A stretch of DNA of 64,000 nt from Candidatus Sumerlaeia bacterium (GTDB lineage: Bacteria > Sumerlaeota > Sumerlaeia > SLMS01 > JANRJK01), in the NCBI GenBank assembly GCA_033764015.1, contig JANRJK010000019.1:4872-68871 (forward strand), in the 5' to 3' direction. The notes beneath the pieces were generated by a model. It was not told the origin of the DNA. It worked only from the letters and a program-made list of their open reading frames with translations, and did no database searches. The position numbers were made by a program, and so were the translations under genes. Below are positions 7,304-16,210 of the stretch, piece after piece; position 1 is the first letter of the stretch, and the number at the start of each line of letters is the position of its first letter.

Positions 7304-9856
7304 CTACTCGCGGTCCAGGCTGCCGCGCGTGACGCCGAGCTTGCTGTTCGCGCGGAGATGCCGCCAGATCTCTCGCCCGTCCACTTCGCCGCGCACCGCG
7401 GGCGCGTAGAGCGCGACGGCCCGCCGCACCGCCTCCGCGTCCTCGCGCAGGAAGTCGATGCGCCAGCGCGAAACGCCCGCCGCGAGCAACTGCGGCAAGT
7501 ACGCCGAAGCGCTCTGCGCCACCGCGTTGAACACCGTGTTGCGGCACCCTGCGTCGGCCTTCACGTAGTGCTCGTAGCCGACGCGGTCGCGCAGCGCCAG
7601 CTCGTGCGACTCGCAGGGGCGTCCGCAGTTCGTGAAGTCCGTGCCGTCCGACAGGTACCGGCAGAACACGCAGTGCTCCATGTGGAACATCGGGATGTAC
7701 TGGTGGAGCGTGACCTCGAACCACGCCGGGGGCGCCGCGCGAAGCAGGTCGAGGAGTTGCTCGATGTTGAGGTCGTAGCTCGGGACGAGCTGCGTGAAGG
7801 CGCGCCCGCGCAGCAGCGCGGCGGTGAGCTCGTTCGCGACGTTCAGCGAGTAGTCGCCGAGCAGTTCCAGGCCGGGCGCCTCGGCGCGGAGCACCTGCCA
7901 GGCGGCGAGGTTGCGCACCAGCACGGCGTCAGGCGCGGCCTCGATGAGCTTGCGGACGAAGCCGGACTCGCCGGGCTTCATCACGCGGAGCGTCGCCGGC
8001 ACGAAGCGCGGCCCCACCGCCGGCACCAGCGCGCGCGCCTCGCGGTGGAGCCGGATGTCCTCGAAGTCCGTGTACACCGTGTGCACCGCGCCCGATTCGA
8101 CCGCGGCGCGCACTTGCGCGAGCGTGCGGCACAGGACCGACAGGCGCGGCTCCGCGTCGGGCTCGGCGTGGGGCACCTCCGCGCGCAACCGCGCCAGCGC
8201 GCCGGGATCGGCGGAGCGCCGCGTGCCGCGCTCGCGGCGAAGATCCACCAGCGCGGCGACCGCGCGGCGGCGAAGCTCGTTGAGTCGGCTCACCGGGACA
8301 TAGAGCGCGCCCTCGAGTTCCGCCTCGAGTCCTCGCAGCTCGAACGGCGTGTTGCCCAAGCGGCCGAGCTGCTCGCAGAGCGTGGCCTCGTCCAGCGCGT
8401 GCTTCGCCGCGGTTGCGGCGGGCTCCGCATCGAGCACCTCGGCGCGGAGGCCGTCCTCGTCGGTGATCTCCAGCGCGAGCGGCGCGCCCGCCGCGCCGCG
8501 CACCACCATCTCCACCGGACGGCGGAAGCGGATCCGGTCGCCGGCCCAGGTGGCGTCGAGCTCCGCGTCCAGCGCGGGGTCGCTCGTCTTCCACACGCGG
8601 TCGCCGACGTTCACCTTCGCGAGGTCAACGGCGCCGGAGCCGAACTCGAGCAGCGCTTCAACGAACGGTTCCGCGTCGAGGAGCGGATCGAAGATCTTCA
8701 TGAGCTGCCCGTCGCGGAACATCGTGTACACGCGGCCGCCCTGCTCGTCGCCATCCGGGCGCCCCGCGTCGAACACCACGCCGTCGCCGCACTTGAGCGG
8801 CCCCTGGAGCCGCACGGCGACGCGGCGCTGCGCGACGGCGGTGACGGTGCCGAGGAAGAGCCCGCGCTTCTTCGGGAAGCGGCCCTCGACCACCGCCTGG
8901 TGGTTGATCTCGTGCAGATAGCCGCCGGTGAAGCCACGGCTAAAGGTCATCTCGAGCGCGCGCCGGTTCGCCTCGTCCAGCGCGGGGTCGGCGATCTCGT
9001 CCGCGGCGAACGCGCGGTCCACCGCGTCGCGGTAGGCGCGCACCGTGGCGGCGACGTAGGCGGGCGACTTGAGCCGGCCCTCGATCTTGAGACTCACGAT
9101 GCCGAGCCGCACCAGGTCGCCGATGTCCTCGAAGCCGGAGAGGTCCTTCGGCGAGAGGACGTAGCGCAGGTCGCCGACATCGAGGTGCTTGCCGTCCACC
9201 ATCAGGTCGTAGGGAAGGCGGCACGCCTGCGCGCACTCGCCGCGGTTCGCGCTGCGCCCGCCGAGCGCCTCGCTCGTGAGGCACTGGCCGCTGTACGCCA
9301 CGCAAATCGCGCCGTGGACGAACACCTCGAGCTCCGCCTCCGTGCCGCGGCGCACGGTGCCCAGTTCCTTGCGCGATAGCTCGCGCGCCAGCACCACGCG
9401 CGAGAGGCGCAGCCCGAGCGCTTCGACGCCCGCGACGGACTCCGCCGAGGTGAGCGACATTTGCGTCGAGGCGTGCACCGGCATCTCCGGCGCGAGTGCG
9501 TTCGCCAGCCGCGCCACGCCGAGGTCCTGCACCAGCACCGCGTCGATCCCCGCGGCGTTCACGGCGAGCAGCACGCGCGCCGCCTCCTCCAGTTCCGACG
9601 GAAAGACGAGGGTGTTGAGCGTGAGGTAGCCGCGCACGCCGCGCTCGTGGAGCCAGGCGAGCGTCTCGGGCAATTCGTCCAGCGCGAAGTTCGCCGCGCG
9701 GAGGCGCGCATTGAACTCCTGCACGCCGAAGTAGACCGCGTCCGCGCCGTTCTCGACGGCGGCTCGCATCATATCGCGCGTCCCGGCAGGCGCCAAGATC
9801 TCCGGGCGCGATGCGAGGGCTTTCGGAAGCGGTGCGGGCTTGAAGGCGGCGGGCAT
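7304..9856 (-). CDS. peptidase U32 family protein, double-U32 type with two Cys clusters (RlhA/UbiU-UbiV-like)
   Basis: True start MPAAFKPAPLPKALASRPEILAPAGTRDMMRAAVENGADAVYFG is the U32 N-terminal signature. A first Cys cluster (CVAYSGQCLTSEALGGRSANRGECAQACRLPY) and a second (CVFCRYLSDGTDFTNCGRPCES) are present. The Arg/Pro-rich extension to 10357 is rejected. Confidence 0.85.
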   Translation of the reverse strand: MPAAFKPAPLPKALASRPEILAPAGTRDMMRAAVENGADAVYFGVQEFNARLRAANFALDELPETLAWLHERGVRGYLTLNTLVFPSELEEAARVLLAVNAAGIDAVLVQDLGVARLANALAPEMPVHASTQMSLTSAESVAGVEALGLRLSRVVLARELSRKELGTVRRGTEAELEVFVHGAICVAYSGQCLTSEALGGRSANRGECAQACRLPYDLMVDGKHLDVGDLRYVLSPKDLSGFEDIGDLVRLGIVSLKIEGRLKSPAYVAATVRAYRDAVDRAFAADEIADPALDEANRRALEMTFSRGFTGGYLHEINHQAVVEGRFPKKRGLFLGTVTAVAQRRVAVRLQGPLKCGDGVVFDAGRPDGDEQGGRVYTMFRDGQLMKIFDPLLDAEPFVEALLEFGSGAVDLAKVNVGDRVWKTSDPALDAELDATWAGDRIRFRRPVEMVVRGAAGAPLALEITDEDGLRAEVLDAEPAATAAKHALDEATLCEQLGRLGNTPFELRGLEAELEGALYVPVSRLNELRRRAVAALVDLRRERGTRRSADPGALARLRAEVPHAEPDAEPRLSVLCRTLAQVRAAVESGAVHTVYTDFEDIRLHREARALVPAVGPRFVPATLRVMKPGESGFVRKLIEAAPDAVLVRNLAAWQVLRAEAPGLELLGDYSLNVANELTAALLRGRAFTQLVPSYDLNIEQLLDLLRAAPPAWFEVTLHQYIPMFHMEHCVFCRYLSDGTDFTNCGRPCESHELALRDRVGYEHYVKADAGCRNTVFNAVAQSASAYLPQLLAAGVSRWRIDFLREDAEAVRRAVALYAPAVRGEVDGREIWRHLRANSKLGVTRGSLDRE

Positions 9857-9969
9857 GGCGTGGCGGCTCCTTGGCCGCCGCGAGGCGACTCCACCAGCGG
9901 CGCGCCGGGCCCACAAGCCCGATTGCTCCGCGGCCTCCCGCGGCGCACAACAAGTGCTTCGCGATCCGC

Positions 9970-11208
9970 ATGGAGGCGCCCGTGGAATCCGCCGCACTGC
10001 CCAAGCTGCTGTCCGCCGTGCTCGCGACGCATCGCGAGCTGGCCCGGCTGCTGGTCGCCGGCGCCCCGCCGCGGCGCTCCGCCCCCGGTGGGCCGATGCC
10101 GCTCCTGCTCTTCTCGCAGGTGCCGTGGGACAGCGTCTGGCAGCGTCCGCAGGAGCTCGCGCTCGGCCTATCGCGGCGCCGTCCGGTCGTGTTCTTCGGC
10201 CCGGTGCAATGGCACGAGGCCGCGCTGCGCGTCGGCGCCGCCCGCGAACCGGTCCGCCGCCTCGAGGACGGCCGCCTGCTCGTCCTCTCCCCGGTCGAGT
10301 TCTCCGGCACCTACAAGGTCGGTGCGGTGGCGGCGCTGAACAACCTCCTTCGCGCACGGCTGCTCAGCCGCGTCCTGCCGGGGCGCGACTTCATCTACCT
10401 CACCAACTCGCTGTTCGACTGGGAGCTGGCGCGCGCGCTGCGCCCGCGCCACCTCGCGCTGGACCTGATCGACGACTTCGCCGGGTTCGCCTGGGCGCCG
10501 CGCGGCGCCCGCCGCAGCGAGCGTCTCCTCGCGCGCCGCGCCGACCTCGTCGTCGCCGGCACCGGCACGCTGGCGCGGCGCTGGCGCCAGCGCGGCTTCG
10601 ACGTGGACTATCTGCCCAGCGGCGTCCACGCGGAGCGTTTCGCCGGTTCCTTCACCGAACCGGGGGACCTGCGCGCCGCGCCGCGCCCGCGGCTGCTCTA
10701 CGTGGGCACGCTCAACGACCGGCTCGACGCGTCGCTCCTGCTCCGCGCGGCGGAGGCGAACCGCTCCGGCAGCGTCGTCGCCGTCGGGCCCCGCCACGGC
10801 TCCTTCGCCCTTCCGGGGCCGGCGCCAAAGAACTTGCTCTTCCTCGGCTTGAAGCCACACTCCGACCTGCCCGCCTACTACGCCCATTGCGATGCGGGGA
10901 TCATGCCCTTCGCCGACACCCCCGCCGCCCGCGCCATCAATCCTGTGAAGGCCCTCGAGTACCTCGCCGCCGGGCTTCCGGTCCTTTCGACACCGATCCC
11001 CGACGTGGTAGCCGAGTACCCCCCGCACGCGACCATCGCGGCGGCGCCGGATTGGCCCGCGGCGCTCGCCGAACTGCTCGCCCGTCGCGAGCCGGAGACG
11101 GTCCGCGAAGCGCGCCGCGCCTTCGCCCGCGGGCGCTCCTGGGGCGCCATGGTCGACGCCTTCGAGGAGCGCATCGGCCGCCTCGAAGCCGCGGAGGCCC
11201 GCGCGTGA
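9970..11208 (+). CDS. glycosyltransferase family 1 (GT4-like)
   Basis: C-terminal GT1 motifs LLYVGTLNDRLD...LLFLGLKPHSDLPAYYAHCDAGIMPF...INPVKALEYLAAGLPVLST. Start chosen at MEAPVESAALPKLL; MPLLLFSQVPW at 10096 is an alternative. Confidence 0.8.
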   Translation: MEAPVESAALPKLLSAVLATHRELARLLVAGAPPRRSAPGGPMPLLLFSQVPWDSVWQRPQELALGLSRRRPVVFFGPVQWHEAALRVGAAREPVRRLEDGRLLVLSPVEFSGTYKVGAVAALNNLLRARLLSRVLPGRDFIYLTNSLFDWELARALRPRHLALDLIDDFAGFAWAPRGARRSERLLARRADLVVAGTGTLARRWRQRGFDVDYLPSGVHAERFAGSFTEPGDLRAAPRPRLLYVGTLNDRLDASLLLRAAEANRSGSVVAVGPRHGSFALPGPAPKNLLFLGLKPHSDLPAYYAHCDAGIMPFADTPAARAINPVKALEYLAAGLPVLSTPIPDVVAEYPPHATIAAAPDWPAALAELLARREPETVREARRAFARGRSWGAMVDAFEERIGRLEAAEARA

Positions 11209-12902
11209 GCAGCCGACTCAAGTTCCTCTTCGCGCTCTACCGCTGGGGGGAGGATCTGCTCGGCGGCGCCGAGCTGCTCCACCGCCGCCTCGCCTTCGAA
11301 CTCCTCGAACTCGGCCACGAGGTCGAGGTTTGGACCACCACCGGCCACAAGTTCGAGCACTTCGCCCACTGGGGCGAGCGCTGGACCGAATTCCACGCCG
11401 CGGGCGACACGCTCGACAACGGCATCAAGGTGCGCCGCTTCCCGATGCGCCCGCAGTCGAAGCTCCTCATGGGGATCTTCGCCAAGGCGCTCCAGTTCGA
11501 ATGGGAGCGCCACGCCGTCGAGGTCGATCCGCGCCGCCTTTTCCTGACGCCGGAGCGCATCCTCCTCGGCCCCGACTGGCACGAGGCGGAATCCGCCGGC
11601 GAGGGTCTCGCGCGCCGGTGGAGCTGGGCGCGCTCGAGCGTGTTCCTCGCCCCGGGCGGGCGGGAATCGCTCCTCACCATCAACGGTTACACCCCGCGCC
11701 CGCAGCAGCTCCAGCTCCGCTGCGCCGGCCCCGACACCCGAGAGGTGGTGAAGCGCCAGGCGGTCGACCAGCACTTCAGCATCCAAGTCACCGTGCCGGC
11801 GACACGGGAGGCCGTGGTGCTGCAGCTCCGCGCGGAAGGCGCCTTCCGCCCTCCCAAGGACTTCCGCGAACTCGGCGTCCTCGTCTCCGACATCTTTCTC
11901 GACACCGGCGAGGCGTCCTACGGCGCGAACATGTGGATCGACGCGCGACCTCTCGCCCGCGACTCCGCCCTGGTCGCGCGCGCGGCGAAGCGCCCGCCCG
12001 CCTCGGGAATGCTCTTCGACTACCTGCGCGGGCCGAACAGTCCCGCGCTCCAGCGCGCCCTCGCGCGCGAGTCGCGCAACCGCGACGTCATCTTCACCGC
12101 GAACCTCCCGTGGCGCCTCTTCGACCCGCCGAAGGTCACCCGCGGCGGCGCCATCCGAACCATCATGCCGCTGATGCACCTCGGCGACTCGTACTACTAC
12201 TGGAGCCACTACTTCGACGCGATGCGCGGGGCGGACTTGAACCTCGCGATCAACCAGGCGAGCGGCGAGACGCTCTTCAAGGAGATCGGCGCCAAGTCCG
12301 CCTTCATCGGCCCGCCCATCTGGCCCGACGAACGGCTCACCCGCCTCGAGACGAAGCGCGCCAACTCGAAGAACATGCCGGTCGTCGTCTTCACCCTCTC
12401 GCGCAAGACGGGCGAGAAGCGATACATGGAGATCGCCGCCTCCGTCGGAAGGCTACGCGCCGCCGGTCTGCCGCTGGTGATGATCGGCGCCGGCCCCGAC
12501 GCGGACGGCGCCCCCCTCCCGGAGGGTTGCCGCTGGCTCGGGCGCCTCTCGGAGGACGAGCTGGTCGAGGCATGGGCCAACGCACATATCTTCGTCCTCA
12601 TGAGCGAGTCCGAGTCCTTCGGGATGGTCATCGTCGAGGCGTGGCACGCCGGGCTCCCGGTCGTGGTCAACCGACGCTGCCGCGCCGCCGCCTCGCTGGT
12701 GGAGCACGATGTGGACGGCTACGTGGTGAGCCCCGGCGGCGAGCTGGACTCGGCGCTCGAGTTGCTGGCGGAGGACGCCGGCCTGCGCGCGCGGCTGGCC
12801 GCCGCGGGCCGCCGCCGCGCCCGCCAGGAATTCGTCCGCGGCGCCGCCGGCAAGCGCTTCGTCCAAGCGGTCGAGCCCCTCGTCCGCGAACGCCGCAAGT
12901 GA
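11204..12902 (+). CDS. glycosyltransferase family 1, large N-terminal domain
   Basis: GTG start overlaps the upstream stop (GTGA). C-terminal GT1 motifs VVVFTLSRKTGEKRYMEI...FVLMSESESFGMVIVEAWHAGLPVVV... Confidence 0.75.
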
Positions 12903-13735
12903 CCGGTGCCGAGCTGGCCGCCGCGGTCGAAGGCGTCATCGCCCCGTACGGACGCGCCGTCGTCGCCTTCAGCGGCGGGGTCGATAGCAGCGTCGTCGCC
13001 GTCGCCGCGCACCGCGCGCTCGGCGCCGGCGCCTTGGCGGTCACCGCCCGCTCGGAGAGCAACACCGCCGAGGACATCGCACTGTGCCGACTTGTCGCGG
13101 AGAGCGCCGGTCTCGCGCACGAGGTGCTCGAATACAGCGAACTCGCGATCCCCAACTACGCCGCCAACCCCGCGAACCGCTGCTACTTCTGCAAGAACGA
13201 GCTCTACACGCGCCTCGGAGCGCTCGCCGCCGGGCGCGGCTTCCAAGCGGTGCTGGACGGCAGCAACGTAGACGACGCGGGGGACTACCGCCCCGGGCTG
13301 CGCGCGGTGTCGGAGCACGGCGTCCGCTCGCCGCTCCGCGAAGCCGGGCTCCGGAAGGCCGACGTGCGCGCCTTGGCGCGCCACTACGGGCTCCCCAACC
13401 ACGACCGCCCCGCCGCGCCCTGCCTCTCGTCGCGGATCCCCTACGGCCAGCAGGTCACCGCGGAGAAATTGCGGCAGGTCGCCGAATCGGAGCGATTCCT
13501 GCATTCGCTCGGATTCAACGAATTGCGATGCCGCCACCACGGAGACCTGGCCCGCTTGGAAGTTTCCCCCGACGATTTCCCCGCCCTGATGCAGAAAAGG
13601 GCCGAGATCGAGTCGCACCTCAAGTCGCTGGGCTTCCGCTGGGTGGCCCTCGACCTCGGGGGATTCCGGTCCGGCAGCCTCAACGAGGCGCTCCGGCCAA
13701 CCAATCCTCCATCTAACGGGTACGGTTCTGGCTGA
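12899..13735 (+). CDS. PP-loop ATP pyrophosphatase, LarE-like (TIGR00268-type sulfur transferase family)
   Basis: AFSGGVDSSVVA PP-loop (SGGxDS) motif, CYFCK and C-terminal HHGDLARLEV. GTG start overlaps the upstream GT stop (GTGA). Confidence 0.75.
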   Translation: MTGAELAAAVEGVIAPYGRAVVAFSGGVDSSVVAVAAHRALGAGALAVTARSESNTAEDIALCRLVAESAGLAHEVLEYSELAIPNYAANPANRCYFCKNELYTRLGALAAGRGFQAVLDGSNVDDAGDYRPGLRAVSEHGVRSPLREAGLRKADVRALARHYGLPNHDRPAAPCLSSRIPYGQQVTAEKLRQVAESERFLHSLGFNELRCRHHGDLARLEVSPDDFPALMQKRAEIESHLKSLGFRWVALDLGGFRSGSLNEALRPTNPPSNGYGSG

Positions 13736-13802
13736 ACGGCGTCCCTACTCGCGCGAGCATTCCCGCGTCGCCAACCGCTTTCCCCACAGGAGAAGTCCCA
13801 AG

Positions 13803-14990
13803 ATGAACACGCTGAGACGCACCGCCTTCCTCGCCGCCGTCGCCGGTTGCGCGCTGCTCGCGGTGCCCGCCGCTGCCCAGGTCGAGTCCTCCACTCCCCC
13901 CGCGAAGGTCGGGCAGCCCGCCCAGCAGGCCTCGCCCGGTAACGCTCTCAAGTTCGAGGCCACCACCAAGGACTACGGCATCATCTCCGAGGGCGAGACG
14001 ATCGACATCGCATTCCCCGTCACGAATGCGACGGATCGACGCATCAACATCACCCGCATCCAGGTCTCCTGCGGCTGCACCAAGGCCACCGACAACCCCG
14101 AGTTCATCGAACCGGGACAGACGGACGAGATCAAGGTCGCCTACAACTCGACCGGCCGCCCCGGCCGCCAGTCCAAGACCGTTTCGATCTTCACCGACGA
14201 GAGCGAAGGCGGCGGCCTCTACACGCTCACCTTCACCGGCGAAGCGACGCAGATCAACTACCTGTCGGAGCGCAACATCCAGTTCGGCGAGATCGAGTTC
14301 GGCCAGGGCGCCACGCGCACCGTCGATTTCCTCACCTTCTCCGACCCTCCCGTTGTGGTGAACGGCGCGTCGACCTCCGAGGAGAAGGTGAAGGTCACGC
14401 TCGGCGAAACCGTCGACGTGGAGTTGGATGGCAAGAAGGGCAAGCGCACGCCGATCGCCATCGAGATCGGATCCGACTACCCGGTGCGCCCGTTCAACAC
14501 CGTCCTCACGGTCGACACGACGGACCCGAAGCGCCCGCGCTACACGGCGCCGCTGAACGGAACCGTCTCCGGCCAGTTCATCGTCGCGCCCCGCCGCCTG
14601 GCCATGGGGCGCCTCGCCCCCGGCAGCAGCGTGACCCGCGAAGCGTCGATCACGACGCGCAAGGGTGGCGACTTCGTGATCAGCGGCGTCCGCACCGGCG
14701 ACGCGGCGCAGCGCTTCACCGTCACCGAGAAGGCCACCCCCGGGGCGAACGGCGGCAAGACGCTCGTCGTCAGCTTCAAGGCCCCCGACAGCCTCGGCGC
14801 CTTCAGCTCGATCATCGAGGTCGACGCCAAGATGGGCGACTACAGCGAGACGATCCGCCTCCCAGTGACCGTCCAGGTGATGACGAGCCCCGAGAACGCC
14901 GGCCCCGTCGCTCCGCAGGGCGCCTCCCGCCCGGCGCTCCCGCAAGGCAACGCCGACGCCGCGAAGCGCACCGTCGTCCCCAAGAAGTAG
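13803..14990 (+). CDS. secreted DUF1573 domain protein (two repeats)
   Basis: Signal peptide MNTLRRTAFLAAVAGCALLAVPAAAQ and the DUF1573 signature ITRIQVSCGCTKA. AGGAGA RBS lies upstream. Confidence 0.75.
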   Translation: MNTLRRTAFLAAVAGCALLAVPAAAQVESSTPPAKVGQPAQQASPGNALKFEATTKDYGIISEGETIDIAFPVTNATDRRINITRIQVSCGCTKATDNPEFIEPGQTDEIKVAYNSTGRPGRQSKTVSIFTDESEGGGLYTLTFTGEATQINYLSERNIQFGEIEFGQGATRTVDFLTFSDPPVVVNGASTSEEKVKVTLGETVDVELDGKKGKRTPIAIEIGSDYPVRPFNTVLTVDTTDPKRPRYTAPLNGTVSGQFIVAPRRLAMGRLAPGSSVTREASITTRKGGDFVISGVRTGDAAQRFTVTEKATPGANGGKTLVVSFKAPDSLGAFSSIIEVDAKMGDYSETIRLPVTVQVMTSPENAGPVAPQGASRPALPQGNADAAKRTVVPKK

Positions 14991-15003
14991 CGTACCAGCC
15001 CCC

Positions 15004-15037
15004 GGGCGGGGCGGCCCTTCGGGACGCCGCCCCGCCC
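15004..15037 (+). terminator. GC-rich hairpin downstream of the DUF1573 gene (putative intrinsic terminator without a clear U-tract)
   Basis: Perfect 12-bp stem GGGCGGGGCGGC / GCCGCCCCGCCC with a 10-nt loop, starting 14 nt after the stop at 14990. Confidence 0.4.
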
Positions 15038-15070
15038 CATCCTCACCCGACCCCCTCCGGAGGCCGTCCC

Positions 15071-15595
15071 GTGGCAGGCTTCTGCCCGTACCGTTTCGTC
15101 GCCATCGGCTTCGTGATCCTCTCCGTTTCCGCGGTCGACGGCTCCCTGCGCCCCGTCACCCTGCCCAAGTTCGGCGAACCGCGCGCGGACCGGCAGCCGC
15201 TCGCCGTCTCGATTCCCGTGTCCGAGGACGCCGGCGCCGAACCCGCCGCGGCCACCGAGCTCTCGGACGATACGCTCACCGCGCCGATCCTCCGCCAGCT
15301 CATCGATGGCGGCAGCCTCTTCCTCGTGGATGCCCGCATTCCGGCGGAGTTCGAGGCGGGCCACCTGCCTTACGCGGTGAACCTCACGCTGCCGGACTTC
15401 CTCGCCGGGCGCCCGGAGGTGTTGGATTTCCACGACCCCTCCACGCTCACCGTGGTCTACTGCGGCGGCGGCGACTGCGACTCCTCCGAGAAGGTTCGCG
15501 AGATGCTCGAAAGCTACGGGTTCCAGAGCGTCCTCGTCTACAAGGAAGGCTTCCCGGGCTGGATCGCCCACGGCGGGGAGCTGATGACGCCGTGA
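15071..15595 (+). CDS. rhodanese-like sulfurtransferase domain protein
   Basis: LFLVDARIPAEFEAGHLPYAVNL ... VVYCGGGDCDSS (active-site Cys loop) ... VYKEGFPGW. N-terminal hydrophobic segment. GTG start. Confidence 0.8.
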   Translation: MAGFCPYRFVAIGFVILSVSAVDGSLRPVTLPKFGEPRADRQPLAVSIPVSEDAGAEPAAATELSDDTLTAPILRQLIDGGSLFLVDARIPAEFEAGHLPYAVNLTLPDFLAGRPEVLDFHDPSTLTVVYCGGGDCDSSEKVREMLESYGFQSVLVYKEGFPGWIAHGGELMTP

Positions 15596-16173
15596 GCTTC
15601 CTCCGCAACCCGCCCGGAACCCCGGAAAGCGCGTTCCTCCTTTTCTGCCGCCTTGTATTCGGCGGTCTCCTGCTCCTCGCCGGCGGCGGCAAGCTGATGA
15701 ACCCGGGCGCGTTCGCGCTTGCGATCGACGCCTTCAAGCTGCCGCTTCCGCCGGAGGCGCTCCCGGTGCTCGCGTTCGTGATCCCCTGGGCCGAAGTGAT
15801 CGCCGGCGCGCTCCTCGTCGTCGGCTGGGCTTCACGCGAAGCCGCGGCGGTCCTCTTCGCGATGATGCTCGGCTTCACCGGGGGCATCATCTCGGTGATC
15901 GCGCGCGACCTTCCGATCGACTGCGGCTGCTTCGGGAACACCTTCGACGGCCTGCGGCGGGTCCCCCTGCTCGGCGGCGTGGCCAAGTTCCTTTCCGGCG
16001 ACCAGATATCCATGACGACCGTTCTTCGGAACGCGACCTTCTTGGGAGCGTTTCTTGCCGTGCTTCTACGCGGCGGCGGACGCTTCGCCCTTGAATCGTC
16101 CCGGGTGTCGCGGGCTGACTCACCGGCGTCCCGCGACGAGTCCCTCCCCCAGCCGGAGGCCGCCCGAACCTGA
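15592..16173 (+). CDS. DoxX/MauE-like integral membrane protein
   Basis: Four predicted TM helices with a CGCFG motif in a loop. GTG start overlaps the rhodanese stop (GTGA). The pairing with rhodanese resembles DoxX-SseA modules. Confidence 0.6.
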   Translation: MSFLRNPPGTPESAFLLFCRLVFGGLLLLAGGGKLMNPGAFALAIDAFKLPLPPEALPVLAFVIPWAEVIAGALLVVGWASREAAAVLFAMMLGFTGGIISVIARDLPIDCGCFGNTFDGLRRVPLLGGVAKFLSGDQISMTTVLRNATFLGAFLAVLLRGGGRFALESSRVSRADSPASRDESLPQPEAART

Positions 16174-16210
16174 ACCCGCGACGGCGAGCGCGCACTCCTC
16201 GCATCACGCC

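Noticed and set aside
7274-9379. 701-aa plus-strand ORF, with 8940..10310 and 7911..8594 on the minus strand
   Set aside because: All overlap the U32 peptidase gene, whose frame carries the family signatures. Their compositions are Arg/Ala-dominated.
10878-12209. 443-aa minus ORF and several others antisense to the GT operon
   Set aside because: Shadow ORFs with no motifs.
9840-12902. 1020-aa plus ORF read as one protein
   Set aside because: Its 5' third is an Arg/Pro-rich alternative frame over the first GT gene. Only the part from GTG 11204 onward is the real second glycosyltransferase.
13713-14945. 410-aa minus ORF antisense to the DUF1573 gene
   Set aside because: Gly/Asp/Arg low-complexity. 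The plus frame has a signal peptide and the SCGCT motif.
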